From: Eledone cirrhosa
Lineage: Eukaryota
Assembly: GCA_964016885.1 (NCBI GenBank)
Contig: OZ024740.1
Span: 88,722,001-88,786,000, forward strand
Length of the DNA: 64,000 nucleotides
Reading direction: 5' to 3'
Part shown: positions 14,351-27,980 of the stretch, piece by piece
How the letters are laid out: every line of letters begins with the position of its first letter
How positions within the stretch are numbered: the stretch's first letter is position 1
The notes under the pieces: generated by a model
Seen by the model: the letters and a program-made list of their open reading frames with translations, nothing else
The model's database searches: none
Told to the model about the DNA's origin: nothing
Translations under genes and position numbers: made by a program

Positions 14351-15469
14351 TATATATATATGTGTGTGTGTGTGTCTCTCTCTATATATATGTATGCTTG
14401 TGTGTCTGTGTCTATATATGTATGTTTGCATGCATGAATGAATACACTAAGCTTTAGATTTAGTAGAATGTACAACCGCTGATTCCAACTATTTGCACTA
14501 TCGTATATTTTGGTTTCTAGTAATTCCCTGAGGAATTGGTTGGCCAATTGCTTTGCTTAATTGTTTTATTTATTTAAAACAAAATGTTATTCTTTCTCTT
14601 AGATTTCTGGAATTTTTTTAAAGCAAAGCGGCCGCTAAAATACTACAGTGGGCCCTGCAATCCTACCGTGGGTTCTTGAAATGTTACCGTGGCCCTCCTG
14701 GAGTCCACTTGGGCAACCTGGCAACCTGGACATTGGGAAACCTGGCAATCTGGCCAGTCCGCCACTGCATATGCGGTCTAGAATAATGATCATTTGTAGC
14801 AATGTGCTTAACCCTATGACTTCGCAAGACCACCAGAGCTCTATCCTATATAGGGAATACAATTGAAATATAAAATACCCTATGATAGGAAAAGCCACTG
14901 AAGGGTCGTGTGCTTCAACAAGTCGGATATCTGAAGAAGAGTGATGATACCATTCAGCCAGCATCAATATGGATATATTTGGTTTATTCAAATATATGGA
15001 TATCAATGTATAGACATTCACTCAGTATAACTACGAAAATATTGGATCCACTCCAGTTATTGAAACTGCGCTAAATAAAAGTCTTTATATTAAAAAGGAA
15101 ACCAAACATAAACGGCATACAATTATTTCAATGGTTTCAGGCTTCAAGATAACCTACATCTCTGTGAAACTGCTTAGAGTAGTATGAACGACAGCATCAA
15201 CAACAACAAGAAAAGAAAAGAAAAATGGCGTAAATGTACAAAACCTAGATCTTGACAGGTCATATTTCAATAGATCCGACAGTAGAGTTATGTCCGAATT
15301 ATTATTGGTTCTATCTAGAATAACATCCACTATTTATTTAAAATGTTCTAGTTTTCCTGAGGTGCATTTCTAATATATTACAATTTATATAAAATAAAGG
15401 GTCTCCAATGAGACCCTTTATCATCACCATCATGTCTATCTTCATCAACATCTTTCTCCACATCTTCCT

Positions 15470-15579
15470 CGCCCTACTACTCCGCTTTCTGTCCTTCCTC
15501 CTCCTCCTCCTCCACGTTCTCCACCCTCCCCTCCTCCCCCTCATTATTATTATTATCATTGTTGTTGTTGTTGTTGTTA

Positions 15580-15632
<53 letters not shown>
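15470..15632. repeat. Compound (CCT)/(GTT)/(ATT)n microsatellite
   Basis: Direct reading. Confidence 0.9.
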
Positions 15633-15634
<2 letters not shown>

Positions 15635-16207
15635 TTTCTCACCAATGTAAACATGCATCGTCTTCAACCTCCGAGAAAGTAATTCAACTTAGTGTTTCTG
15701 AAGTGAAAGAAAATACATTGAAAAATGAACCAGTAGAACTTAGATTGATTGGCACCATTTATCGATCTACTTGAGAATGAAAAGATGTCACAGAAGTCAT
15801 TTAACAATATGTAAATGATGGATGAATCTTGAGTGGATGTAATATAATCTACTTATAAAAATAGATGGATGTATTTAAAAATATTGATTTATATTACACT
15901 AATATTTGTATTGAAATCAAAATGTTCAAATGCCCGTGATGATAGAAGTAACAATATAATATAAAGTTTATAAGAGTTACAGTACATGGCAGTAGCTCTT
16001 TCTGACTAACCCTATGTCAATAATCATTTGTACACCATGGTTCAAAGTAATTTCCTTATATCCATGACATATGATCGGCCCTTAACTTCCAATGCAGCAG
16101 TCACATACTGCATATCACATGGTGGAGCCTATCTCGTTCCTGGTCGGAACACTGTTATTTTTTTCGAGGAAGATAGGAAGAGAGAAAGAGCTCGATATAT
16201 ATATAAT

Positions 16208-16303
<96 letters not shown>

Positions 16304-16304
16304 T

Positions 16305-16532
16305 AACGAAGGAAATGTGGTAAGGAACCAGGTGGACCATAACGCACCAAAGTACTCAATACTTAGGGTAGTAGAGTGGGTAATAGGAACGAGTAAGACC
16401 CCGACGGCTGAGCTCAACCCGTTCGACGGCTAATTCTGGACTAAAAAAACAATTTAAAAAAAAGTTGTTTTTTTTAGTCCAGAATTAGCCGTCGAAACGG
16501 CTTGAGCTCAGCCGTCGGGGTCCTACTCGTTC

Positions 16533-16536
<4 letters not shown>
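16305..16536. mobile_element. PLE family A fold-back insert
   Basis: Longest palindrome of the family, fold at ~16455-16462; (TA)n flanks. Confidence 0.8.
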
Positions 16537-16595
<59 letters not shown>

Positions 16596-16596
16596 T

Positions 16597-16761
16597 AAGC
16601 ACATTATAAATGTAAACCTGTAAGTATGTTTTTGAAACGGTGCGCGAGTTTGAAAATTAGAAATTAGAAATTATAAGCTTTCACCGTATTTTAGACTAAA
16701 GAAATTTCTAGCCTGATAGTGGGGTTTATAAACCCCACTATCAGGCTAGAAATTTCTTTAG

Positions 16762-16766
<5 letters not shown>
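16597..16766. mobile_element. Fold-back insert with a spacerless 76-bp perfect palindrome (16691-16766)
   Basis: TTAGACTAAAGAAATTTCTAGCCTGATAGTGGGGTTTA|TAAACCCCACTATCAGGCTAGAAATTTCTTTAGTCTAA; (TA)n flanks. Confidence 0.75.
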
Positions 16767-16799
<33 letters not shown>

Positions 16800-19451
16800 T
16801 TATATATATATATAGAGAGAGATGAGAATTACATATATGTGACGATCGAGCTAATATTAAAATAATAGTTTATTTATGGATCTCGAAAGTATGAAATACA
16901 AAGATGACTGTCGCGGGATTTGAAGATTACAAATACTGCAAAACATTTATTCGATGTTGTAACGATTCTGCCACTTCAAAACATTCACATTGACACCATA
17001 CGAAAAGCTTTTGCGTGATCACTAAATCTCCCACATATGCTAACCAAATCTGTACTTAAACATCTTTAAAAAAAGGGGAAAATACATGGAACAATGCAAT
17101 ACGTTATATACAAAATTGTGATTCGTTGTCAGTGAAAAGACATTGATCATAAGTCTGTTTGATCAGATTTGGCCTTAGTTAAACAACTATAAAATCAGTA
17201 ACGATATGATATTAAATATTCTGTTTGATTTCTCGACTTAATGATAATTGCTAACTTCATATATATCTAAAATCATACATACATGAATCAAATAGGGAAG
17301 CGTCAAAAAGACTTCTTGATTTGCTAGAAATAGTAGCCAAATTCTCTTTCAAATAACATCCGCCCATCCCATCTAAAAATTAAACAATAAAATCCCTTTC
17401 TCACGATATTCTAATATCAGATGAAGCACTGATGTCCGAAACACTAAGACACTTCTCTTACTCTAGCAATCGTTAAACAAGCATATATGATCATTGTACT
17501 GCATTGTTTACTTTTCGCGAATATATATCTATAAAACATCTCTCAACATACACATAGTAAGGCATAAGCAGAACGTTAACAACACTAAACATAAACTACT
17601 ACATAGTCATCACTAAAAACCCCACAAAAAACAGTTTATAATTTAAAGAGTATTAAATCATTGAAATTACTAAATATAAAAAAAATATTATCCAAATGTA
17701 CTATACATAGATCCAAAATTTGTTAACTCTACCCATATTATGAGGCGAAGCTGATATTTTATGTGGTCTATCGACATGATCAAAATCGCAGCTCAATATC
17801 CTTCGTTGCTATACTATACCGTCTTTGGAAATTCTTAATAAAAAGTACGAGATGATAACGGCTGGTATATCATACATTTGCCTAATCACGCCACATCGAC
17901 GCGGAAAACCAATACCAACAACATTAACAACATAATACTAGTAATATTAATCATAAACAGGATAAAACTAACTAGCCTAAAATAGAACGTTAAACAGCAT
18001 TTATCATATTGATAGCATTTATATTAATGCCAGCATAAACCACAGTAGCCATAAACAGAATATTAAAAAAACACGCCAGCAATAAACAGAATACAATAAA
18101 CTCCCTACGGAATATTTAACACACTAATCTGCCAGAATATATGATCAATAGTGCCATAACATATTTTTACCAGTATGAAGGTTTTCAAGGATTCTGCATA
18201 GTAGATGGTCTCTACCTATGTAAATTATTTCATTTGCATTTATCAAAACATTTCCTATTCATCTGTTACAGCTAATATAACATCGTTTACTTATGATTTC
18301 TAAATGAAATTGGCAAGTTTTCAACAAATCACATAGCATACATAAAAACCTCGGATCGAACCAAGAAATACGTGTTATATAGAATTTTAATTGCGAGACT
18401 GTAAAAAAACAAACAACAAACTCAACAAAATAAAAACAAAGCATGACCCATACAGAAACCCAAGCTACTGTGAATATTTCAATTTATCATTACTTTTTCT
18501 ATAAAATATGTATGTAGGATCAAATCGATTCTCTCACCCAGGTAACTATCTGGAATAAATCATATAGACCCCTGTAATATTTGAATTCAAAGTCTTGTGT
18601 AACGTAATTTATAATACAGTAACTTAACACACACCGTAAATTATCGTAACGTAATTCGCCGTTTAACCTATAAACGCATAATCTATCCTAAATGGGGAGG
18701 TATTGTGGCGGAATGCAGACCGTACTATAGCATAATTATTGGGTACATTGACGTAAGTCAGAACATAACGTGTAGAAAAAATGTATAGTAACGTAAAGCA
18801 CGATGTAAAGTTTGATCTCAGAATCTACCAGGACGTAATACGGAACATAACGATACATAATTCAGAAGGTAAAGTATGGTAACTCAAAATATGTAGTGAG
18901 TCACACAGAACGTATAGTTAAGTAAGAGAATACATAATCACGTTTTCTAATTAAGACACATAGGCAGCAATTTTGGCGACCTAAGCGGATTAAATCGAAC
19001 CCAGTACTAGATTAGTACTTTATTACGGTGCATTGTAGGCACAAGTATTTTAACTGAGCCTCGAAAGAACCCAAGCCTTGTGAATGGACTGGGATGGATG
19101 GGAATTCTTTGTTAGTCCACCGAATGAATTAAATCTGAAATTCAATTGACGACCCTTGTGAAATAGAGTGTCGCATTGAATCACCCTGAGAAATTAACTT
19201 AACTATAAGTGTGTATGGGAAATCTTCAACCACTCTCACGTTATTCCAATGAGTAGGCCTCTCTGTTAATATGATATCTAAGACACATATCGTCCTAACC
19301 AAAAGAGGTTCATTATTTCTTGTAGAAACAATGATTTCTATTGTAAAATATGGTTACATTCGGCATACACCATTTTAAGCCTTTTAGAAACCATTCCTCA
19401 CCAGGCAAAATCTAGCAGAAATAAAATGTGTGTGTGTAAAAGAATAAAGTG

Positions 19452-19509
<58 letters not shown>

Positions 19510-19619
19510 CACTTTATTCTTTTACACATACTATTGAGTGGTAATTTTGGCATACCGCCTATGGAAGCACCATAGATACCATTATACACAAGTATATATA
19601 TATATATATATATATATAT

Positions 19620-19830
19620 GTAGATAAATCTACCAAGAGTTTACGGTAGTGTCCAATCCGTATGAAGAACTCAATGTAATCCGGATATCATGGAAAGAAG
19701 AGATGCAATGAAAAATCACTTTCGGTGAAAGATAAACGGAATACAGAGTCAAGATAAAATATTAAAAAAATAATGAATAAAACAATGAAGCAGTTCCTTA
19801 TATTAAACAAAAAAAGTTCATTATTTAGTT
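19620..19830 (-). mobile_element. PLE family C 3' tail fragment
   Basis: Reverse complement of ~37040-37248. Confidence 0.75.
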
Positions 19831-19831
19831 C

Positions 19832-19882
<51 letters not shown>

Positions 19883-19885
<3 letters not shown>

Positions 19886-20300
19886 TATGAAGAGAGAAGA
19901 AACATTTAGATATAATTAGTAATAAAATGTATCATACCTAAACTGTTCCTAAATTCCTCGACTACGTAGTTTCGTGGCATAAACAAAAACAATATATCAA
20001 AGATATAGAGTCCTTGCGAGGTCTGCCGACTTATCAAGAGGATACCTCATTTTACTAGTCTCAAGAACGCGTCTACACGACGTGAGAAAGAATCCCAAAA
20101 GGCGGAGGGGGAGATAGTCACGCGATATAACGGTCGAGAAACAGAGCTAAGCCGCTTATAACCACGAAAAAAATACCACGGAGGCGGAGGGGGTATTCAT
20201 ATCGAGGCCGTAGAAGAGGTAGTGAAGAAGGCGAGAAGTATGAGTAATGGAAGCTTTCCAGTTGTCCCCACACTTCAAAGATTGCTCGACCAGAGGGAGT
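19883..20300 (-). mobile_element. PLE pLTR region (family O)
   Basis: 3' part shared with 2270-2396, which follows a GIY-YIG remnant; contains a complete hammerhead. Confidence 0.7.
19956..20041 (-). ncRNA. Type I hammerhead ribozyme with U3-A8 core (family O)
   Basis: CCTC-TTGATAA-GT(C)GGCA...TGCCAC-GAAAC-TACGTA-GTC-GAGG. Confidence 0.8.
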
Positions 20301-20321
20301 TATATATATATATATATATAT

Positions 20322-21132
20322 ATTTTCTTGATATATTTCTTTTTTCTTTTTCTTTTCTTTTTATTTCTAAGTTTATAGATACATTTATAAATAGGCAGTC
20401 TGCTGACAACGTTGAATACTTACCTCTCCCCCCCCCCCACACCTAATTTTTGTATCTGGATCTAAATATGTGTGGCAGTGTTTATGTGCGTGCATTAATG
20501 TCCATATGCTTATGATAATAGTATATACACATATATATGTGTGTGGGGGTGTATGTGTGTATGTATGTTCGTAGTTATGTGTATGTTTATGCGTATACGC
20601 GCGTGTGTGTGTGAATATACGAATATGTGTGAGTATATGAATGTGTGTATATATTTATTTTATATTTATGTGTGTATACGCATTTTATCTGTAGATTATA
20701 AACTTACAGAGACATTAGCCTTGAATTTTTGTATTTACATACATCTTTTTGGCATGCGTATGCATGTGAACATATATCTTTATGCATATCTGTGAACGAA
20801 GTTAATTACATGTATATACACACACCTAACTGTATAAACTTTTTGTATTTTCATTGGTCAATTTGAACTCTGTTCCCAAACAGACCTGAAATTTTGAATT
20901 GTTGTTATTATCAATAAATATATTTCATTATTTCTGAAGACGGCATATATATGTGTTTGGTATGTATATTTAATTTTGATAGTTTGTATAATTTTGTATA
21001 ATTTTGTACATAGATCTGTTGAATATGCATGCCAATTCTAACACATATATATCCTAGAAACGATCGTTAAATAATGAACTTTTTTTGTTTAATATAAGGA
21101 ACTGTTTCATTGTTTTATTCATTATGTTTTTA

Positions 21133-21140
<8 letters not shown>
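20322..21140 (+). mobile_element. PLE family C 3' UTR/pLTR (~820 bp)
   Basis: Inverted homologue at 26511-27400; ends in (TA)n. Confidence 0.75.
20924..21078 (+). ncRNA. Type I hammerhead-like motif with 10-bp stem I and long stem II insertion (family C)
   Basis: TTCATTATTT-CTGAAGA-CGGCATATATATGTGTT...AACACATATATATCCTA-GAAAC-GATC-GTT-AAATAATGAA; second full copy at 26572-26724 (minus). Confidence 0.65.
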
Positions 21141-21187
<47 letters not shown>

Positions 21188-21189
<2 letters not shown>

Positions 21190-21477
21190 CGGCGATGAAT
21201 TAGTTTTGCGTGGTTTTTGATATGAAATCGTGTGTCGAAACAAATATTGTTATACTTGGGGAGGGTCATATTTGTGTAATAATATTGCCAGAATTAATAA
21301 CAGAACACACTCACTCTTTGGTTGGTTTTTGCTTCTGTGTCTTTTATGTCGGTTAATTTAATTTATTCGGTCCACAATGTTCGCATTGACTGACCAACGG
21401 TCAACATAAAGATAGTGAGTGTGTTCTGTTATTAATTCTGGCAATATTATTACACAAATATGACCCTCCCCAAGTAT

Positions 21478-21485
<8 letters not shown>
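21188..21485. mobile_element. PLE fold-back insert (family E, related to D)
   Basis: Inverted arms ~21244-21316 / 21414-21485; the long arm encodes MTLPKYNNICFDTRFHIKNHAKLIHRRY on minus (ATG at 21269). Confidence 0.75.
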
Positions 21486-21527
<42 letters not shown>

Positions 21528-22400
21528 ATAGTGAGAGAGTGGGAGATTGACTCACCAGTAACGAATTGGAAATTTGTTTATCGACTTCGAAATGATGAAA
21601 TTATAAGCAGACATTAGCAGGGTTGAACACAGAGAGTAGAAAACAAATATTATGAAGTATTTTAAACGACGTTCCAACGATTCTTCCTATTCGCTACCTA
21701 GTGGTACTTAATAAAATCAGTACAGTCCAAATGTTTTAATTTAAGACAAAACATTATGACATTCTTTCGAAAGTGCGATTTGACTGAAATTTGGCTGTTA
21801 TTTCTAACAGGTTGAGTTATCACGTAACAATTCATTAACTTACAAAGTGACGGTTAATACTAATGCAAACGTAATCTGATACCAGTTTAAGCTTCACATA
21901 GAGTTATTGCTGAATTCACCTATAATAAGCTTATTGAAAGTGAACTGGCTGATTCAATTGTGAGCTTATTAGAGTCGAATATCTTACGCTATGATACGTT
22001 CACCATTCAAGAATGACGTGAACTTTATCTATAGGAAATGACTAAATCTACTATAAACATTTGTGATTGGAATGAATGATGCCATGACAACGAACTTGAA
22101 AAATGAATTGTTTATATCGTTATTGGACGAACATTTATTGCCATTACTATATTTAAAGACGGAGATGTAAGTTGTCTATTTTATATAAATGGTAAGAAAC
22201 AATATAAACATTTACGGATTCACTATTGTGTCTGCTAGCTAACTGACTTCAACTTCTCCTTGTATAATCAGAGAAATCTCACTGTAAAATGTGTTTTTTC
22301 TCTATCTAGCTACTTATCTATCGATTAACGAACACACGCACGCACACACATACACACACACATACACACACACATACGCATACTACGCATACACACGCAT

Positions 22401-22434
<34 letters not shown>

Positions 22435-22693
22435 GAACATGAAGTACAAGTCAACAGGTTAATGTTGATTTCGTTTCATTCATTCATCGTCGCTGTTATA
22501 TATATTCCTGTGATAACCGTTATGCGACGGCTATGACCTCACCAGGCAGCTATCATTTGAACAGAATAACAGAAAGACATAGAGATAAAATAAATCTTAC
22601 TTGTTGTTTCGATTCATAGATATGCTCCTGGCTGAAACTTGGTGTTGCATTCACGGTAGCATATGATTTATATATGTATATATGTATTGTATG

Positions 22694-22811
<118 letters not shown>

Positions 22812-22942
22812 GTGAGGTTTTTTTTACAAAATGAAAAATAACCGAGGTGTCCTACACGAGTGGAAGTATAAAGAAAAAGGGATGAAATCGAAAATGCAAC
22901 TGAAGTCTTATTTTTAAAAAAAATATATATATTTATTTGGTT

Positions 22943-22980
22943 CCTTTACCGGTTTCGCAGTTCTTCTGCTTTTCAAAAGG
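22943..22980 (-). ncRNA. Minimal type I hammerhead, U3-A8 core (family B, left arm)
   Basis: Reverse complement of 25434-25471. Confidence 0.8.
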
Positions 22981-23412
22981 TGAGTTGAGATGGAGGGTCT
23001 GTGGTTTTTCTCACATCTGGTTGGTCTCTAAATGTTACTTGTTTTATATGGAAAAAGTGGCTCGAAAACCAGGTTTTTCGAGAAGTAATTTGATTGGTTT
23101 GTCAATAATTATAATAAATCTCGCGCAAGTTCGCGTTACAATAGTTCTTCAAATAAGAGAGGGGGGGGGGGGGGGTCACAGGTTGTTTTTTCATATATGA
23201 GTGTTTGAATTTCTTTTTACTTGAAAAAATGAGGCTCACGAAGGCTTTTTTTTGGTTGGTTATAAATGAAATTTGGCTGTCACGTGAACAAGTTTTCATT
23301 ACATTTTTGCGCCCTTATTTGGAAAACTATTCTGTAGTCTTTATAGTGAATGTTATGACAATGGAGAGATAGTGGTCAAGGGAAAAGGGATTGGGAGAAA
23401 TGTTCTGGTTCA

Positions 23413-24615
23413 GTGAATATGGGGACTGCGATGGGCACAAAAGCCGCTCCAACTTATGCCAACTTAGTCATGGCATACTTAGAAGTCCAGATATATGAAC
23501 AGTCCAAATCCAAATACGGATTGAACTTCCACAGATATTTATCAGAGAATTGGAAACGCTACTTGGATGATTGCCTCATTCTTTGGTCCCACACACTCGA
23601 CCAACTGAAGGATTTCAAAAACTTAATAAACGGCATCAATAACCACATCCAATTCACAATGGAATACAGCCAAGATGAACTCCCATTTCTGGACATCTTA
23701 ATCACAAAAAAAGACACAAATATCGAAACTGACATACACTACAAACCAACAGATTCCAAACAATATCTGCTATTCACCTCCAACCATCCAAAGCACACGA
23801 AGACGAACATTCCTTTTAACCTAGCAAGAAGAATTTGCACAATTGTCTCCAATTATGAAACGCGAAATAAAAGACTTCAAGAATTAAAGGAAATTCTACT
23901 TGAGAGAGAGTACCCACTATTACTAATAAATAATGGAATAGAAAGGGCTAAAGCAATAGGCATTGATGAATTACGGAAACAGAAACAAATTCAAGGTACG
24001 TCCAATATTCTATCATATATCTCAACACACAACCCAAGAAATGCGGAAGCTTACAACACTATTCACAATAACATCCCACTACTAAAACAAAACCCAAGAA
24101 TGAAAAAAGCCCTTGAAACACACAAAATAATCAAAAGCAAAAGACAACCAAAATCACTGAAAACATTACTCACCAATGCCAAATTACCTACCACAAACCC
24201 ACAACCAAGTATCAAAAAATGTGGTCGCTCTAATTGTGGAACCTGCACTCACCTCATTGAAGGCAACACGTATACATTTAAATCAGGACAAAATTTTACT
24301 GTAAAAACTCACTTCACTTGCTCATCAAAAAATCTAATTTATGCCATTAAATGTAAAGGATGCAATGAAGATTATATAGGACAAACTAAACTCACACTCA
24401 GAAACAGAATGACAGTTCATCGCCAACAATTACGAGATCCAACCACGAGACAGATACCACTAAGTGCACATCTAGACATTTGCGCAAGTAATAAGACACC
24501 CAAATTCCAAGTCTTCCCATTTTACCTTTGCGCTAACAATACAACAGAACAAATGCGAATAAATAAGGAAAATATGTTTATTCAAAAATATAGACCAACA
24601 TTAAATAAGGTTTAA
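23413..24615 (+). CDS. PLE reverse transcriptase C-half plus GIY-YIG endonuclease (5'-truncated, otherwise open)
   Basis: GTAMGT..APTYAN, WKRYLDD, LPFLDI, YKPT...YL..SNHP; linker KCGRSNCGTC; LIYAIKC..C...YIGQT...RNRMTVH. Codons before 23422 come from the inverted arm. Confidence 0.9.
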   Translation: MNMGTAMGTKAAPTYANLVMAYLEVQIYEQSKSKYGLNFHRYLSENWKRYLDDCLILWSHTLDQLKDFKNLINGINNHIQFTMEYSQDELPFLDILITKKDTNIETDIHYKPTDSKQYLLFTSNHPKHTKTNIPFNLARRICTIVSNYETRNKRLQELKEILLEREYPLLLINNGIERAKAIGIDELRKQKQIQGTSNILSYISTHNPRNAEAYNTIHNNIPLLKQNPRMKKALETHKIIKSKRQPKSLKTLLTNAKLPTTNPQPSIKKCGRSNCGTCTHLIEGNTYTFKSGQNFTVKTHFTCSSKNLIYAIKCKGCNEDYIGQTKLTLRNRMTVHRQQLRDPTTRQIPLSAHLDICASNKTPKFQVFPFYLCANNTTEQMRINKENMFIQKYRPTLNKV

Positions 24616-24874
24616 TATGCATTATGTCAACACCACAATATGACATACACACACACACACACATAACACCTTCTACTTTAGAAAATAAAAACCCGAACTA
24701 AATAAACCTTAAACATACGTTTGCACTGGCAATACAACAGCAAACACGAAAAAGTCAGGAAAATATGTTCATTCAAAAATATTCCTACTAAAGGAATCAT
24801 TTTCCTACACACACACATACACACACACACACAACTCCCTCCCCCATCTCTACTAATAGAATCATCTTCCAATA

Positions 24875-24924
<50 letters not shown>

Positions 24925-25433
24925 AGCACACAAATAAACACATATCTTCAGTCTCAATAGAAAATCTGAACTCTGACACCTGAACTCTGACAGCTGGCCA
25001 TATTCACTGAACCAGAACATCTCTCCCAATCCCTTTTCCCTTGACCACTATCTCTCCATTGTCATAACATTCACTATAAAGACTACAGAATAGTTTTCCA
25101 AATAAGGGCGCAAAAATGTAATGAAAACTTGTTTACGTGACAGCCAAATTTCATTTATAACCAACCAAAAAAAAAAGCCTTCGTGAGCCTCATTTTTTCA
25201 AGAAAAAAGAAATTCAAACACTCATATATGAAAAAACAACCTGTGACCCCCCCTCTCTTATTTGAAGAACTATTGTAACGGGAACTGGCGCGAAATTTAT
25301 TATAATTATTGACAAACCAATCAAATTACTTCTCGAAAAACCTGGTTTTCGAGCCACTTTTTCCATATAAAACAAGTAACATTTAGAGACCAACTAGATG
25401 TGAGAAAAACCACAGACCCTCCATCTCAACTCA

Positions 25434-25471
25434 CCTTTTGAAAAGCAGAAGAACTGCGAAACCGGTAAAGG
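25434..25471 (+). ncRNA. Minimal type I hammerhead, U3-A8 core (family B, right arm)
   Basis: CCTT-TTGAAAA-GCAG-AAGAA-CTGC-GAAAC-CG-GTA-AAGG; another intact copy at 26097-26134 (minus). Confidence 0.8.
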
Positions 25472-25540
25472 AACCAAATAAATATATATATATTTTTTTA
25501 AAATAAGACTCCAGTTGCATTGTCGATTTCATCCCTTTTT

Positions 25541-25596
<56 letters not shown>

Positions 25597-25598
<2 letters not shown>

Positions 25599-25876
25599 GA
25601 TATTAAATAAATGGAAACTATATTTATAAAACCATATTTATTTCATTATATATATTTCAGGGATATCATATTAACAATATATTTTGTCTGAAGAAGGCAT
25701 AACATATTGTTAATATGATATCCCTGAAATATATATACTGATATAAATATGGTCTTATAAATATAGTTTCCATTTATTTAATATCGTAAATATACTCCAA
25801 ATACTTGTTGAGTGCTTTTATATCAGTTATAAATATTTACTAGTTGTAACCCAACAATTTATATATAACTTTCCAC

Positions 25877-25877
<1 letters not shown>
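25597..25877. mobile_element. PLE fold-back insert (family F) with hammerhead-like CTGAAGA-AGG...CCT-GAAA-TATATATA
   Basis: Inverted arms 25597-25681 / ~25704-25788 plus tail; related to the inserts at 47023-47660. Confidence 0.7.
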
Positions 25878-25957
<80 letters not shown>

Positions 25958-26207
25958 TTAGAAGGTGAGGATTTTTTTGTACAGAATGAAAAATAACCGA
26001 AGTGTCCTACACGAGTGAAAGTATAAAGAAAAAAAGAAGAAATCGAAAATGCAACTGGAGTGTTATTTTTAAAATAATATATATATTTATTTGGTTCCTT
26101 TACCGGTTTCGCAGTTCTTCTGCTTTTCAAAAGGTGTGTTGAGATGGAGGGTCTGTGGTTTTTCTCACATCGCAAACTATTTTGAGTTTCTAACTCAATA
26201 CATGCCT

Positions 26208-26210
<3 letters not shown>
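25958..26210. mobile_element. Head-to-head chimera: family B terminus (minus) plus family X terminus (plus)
   Basis: 25958-26171 matches 22806-23017; 26176-26210 is the reverse complement of 28990-29024. Confidence 0.75.
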
Positions 26211-26272
<62 letters not shown>

Positions 26273-26276
<4 letters not shown>

Positions 26277-26434
26277 AAAAAAAGATGAAATCGAAAATGC
26301 AACTAGAGTCTTATTTTTAAATGCAACTGGAGTCTTATTTTTACCGAAACCGGTAAAGGAACCAAATAAATATATATATTATTTTAAAAATAAGACTCCA
26401 GTTGCATTTTCGATTTCATCTTTTTTTCTTTATA
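26273..26434. mobile_element. Family B mini fold-back
   Basis: Both arms end at the internal CTT(T)ATA site; contains CGAAACCGGTAAAGG. Confidence 0.7.
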
Positions 26435-26437
26435 TAT

Positions 26438-26510
<73 letters not shown>

Positions 26511-27109
26511 AAGTATTAAAAAAAATAATGAATAAAACAATGAAATAGTTCCTTATATTAAACAAAAAAAGTTCATTATTTAACGATCGTTTCTAGGACA
26601 TATATGTGTTAGAATTGGCATGCATGTTCAACAGATCTATGTACAAAATTATACAAAATTATACAAACTATCAAATCTAATATACATACCAACACATACA
26701 TATGCCGTCTTCAGAAATAATGAAATATATTTATTGATAATAACAACAATTCAAAATTACAGGTCTGTTTGGGAACAGAGTTCAAATTGACCAATGAAAT
26801 ACACAAAAATATATCAAGAAAATACAGTTAGGTGTGTGTATATATGTAAGTAACTTCTTTCACAGATATGCATAAAAATATATGTTCACATGCATACGCA
26901 TGTCGAAAAAATGTATGTAAATACAAAAATTCAGGGCTAATGTCTCTGTATGTTTATAATCTACAGATAAAATACACATATGTATATAAACATATATATA
27001 CATTCATATATACACACACATATACATACATTCACATACTCACGCACATATACACATAAACATACACATACCCACGAACATACACACACACACACACACA
27101 TACCCACGA

Positions 27110-27181
<72 letters not shown>

Positions 27182-27400
27182 GTATATATTATTATTATAA
27201 CTACATGGATATTAAGGCACACACACAAAAACACTGCCACATACATTTTTACATCCATATGCAGAAGATGGTGAAGGGGGTCAGTAATTACTGTGGGTGT
27301 CAGAGAACTGCCTATCTATAAAATGTATCTATAAATTTAGAAATAAAAAGAAATAAATTAAAAAAATAAATTAAAAAAATAAACAAATAAAATATATACT
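26511..27400 (-). mobile_element. PLE family C 3' UTR/pLTR copy
   Basis: Inverted homologue of 20322-21140. Confidence 0.75.
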
Positions 27401-27420
27401 CATACATAAAATACACACCG

Positions 27421-27469
<49 letters not shown>

Positions 27470-27927
27470 TATATACATATACATACATATACACATACAT
27501 ATACATACAGATACACACGCATACATACATACACATATACATAGAGACACATACACATACATATATAAATACATAGACACAGATGCATACACACACATAT
27601 ATATATACATATATGTACATACATATACACACATACATACATATACATATATACATACATACACATATATATACACACATATATACACACATATATACAT
27701 ATATATACACATACACGCACACACATATATACACACACTCACACATAAATAAGTATATATACACACACACACACACATATCCATGTATGTATATACACAT
27801 ACAACCACACACTCACACAACTCAGACATACATAAATAAAGAGATATACATACACACATGTACATATATATATATAGATATATACATACACATAAATATA
27901 TATACACACACACTCACACATATACAT

Positions 27928-27980
<53 letters not shown>

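Noticed and set aside
14635-15021. 128-aa ORF / possible host exon
   Set aside because: No recognisable domain; the GC-rich part looks like a DNA-transposon end (CAGTGGCGGACTGGCC on minus) with no partner TIR found.
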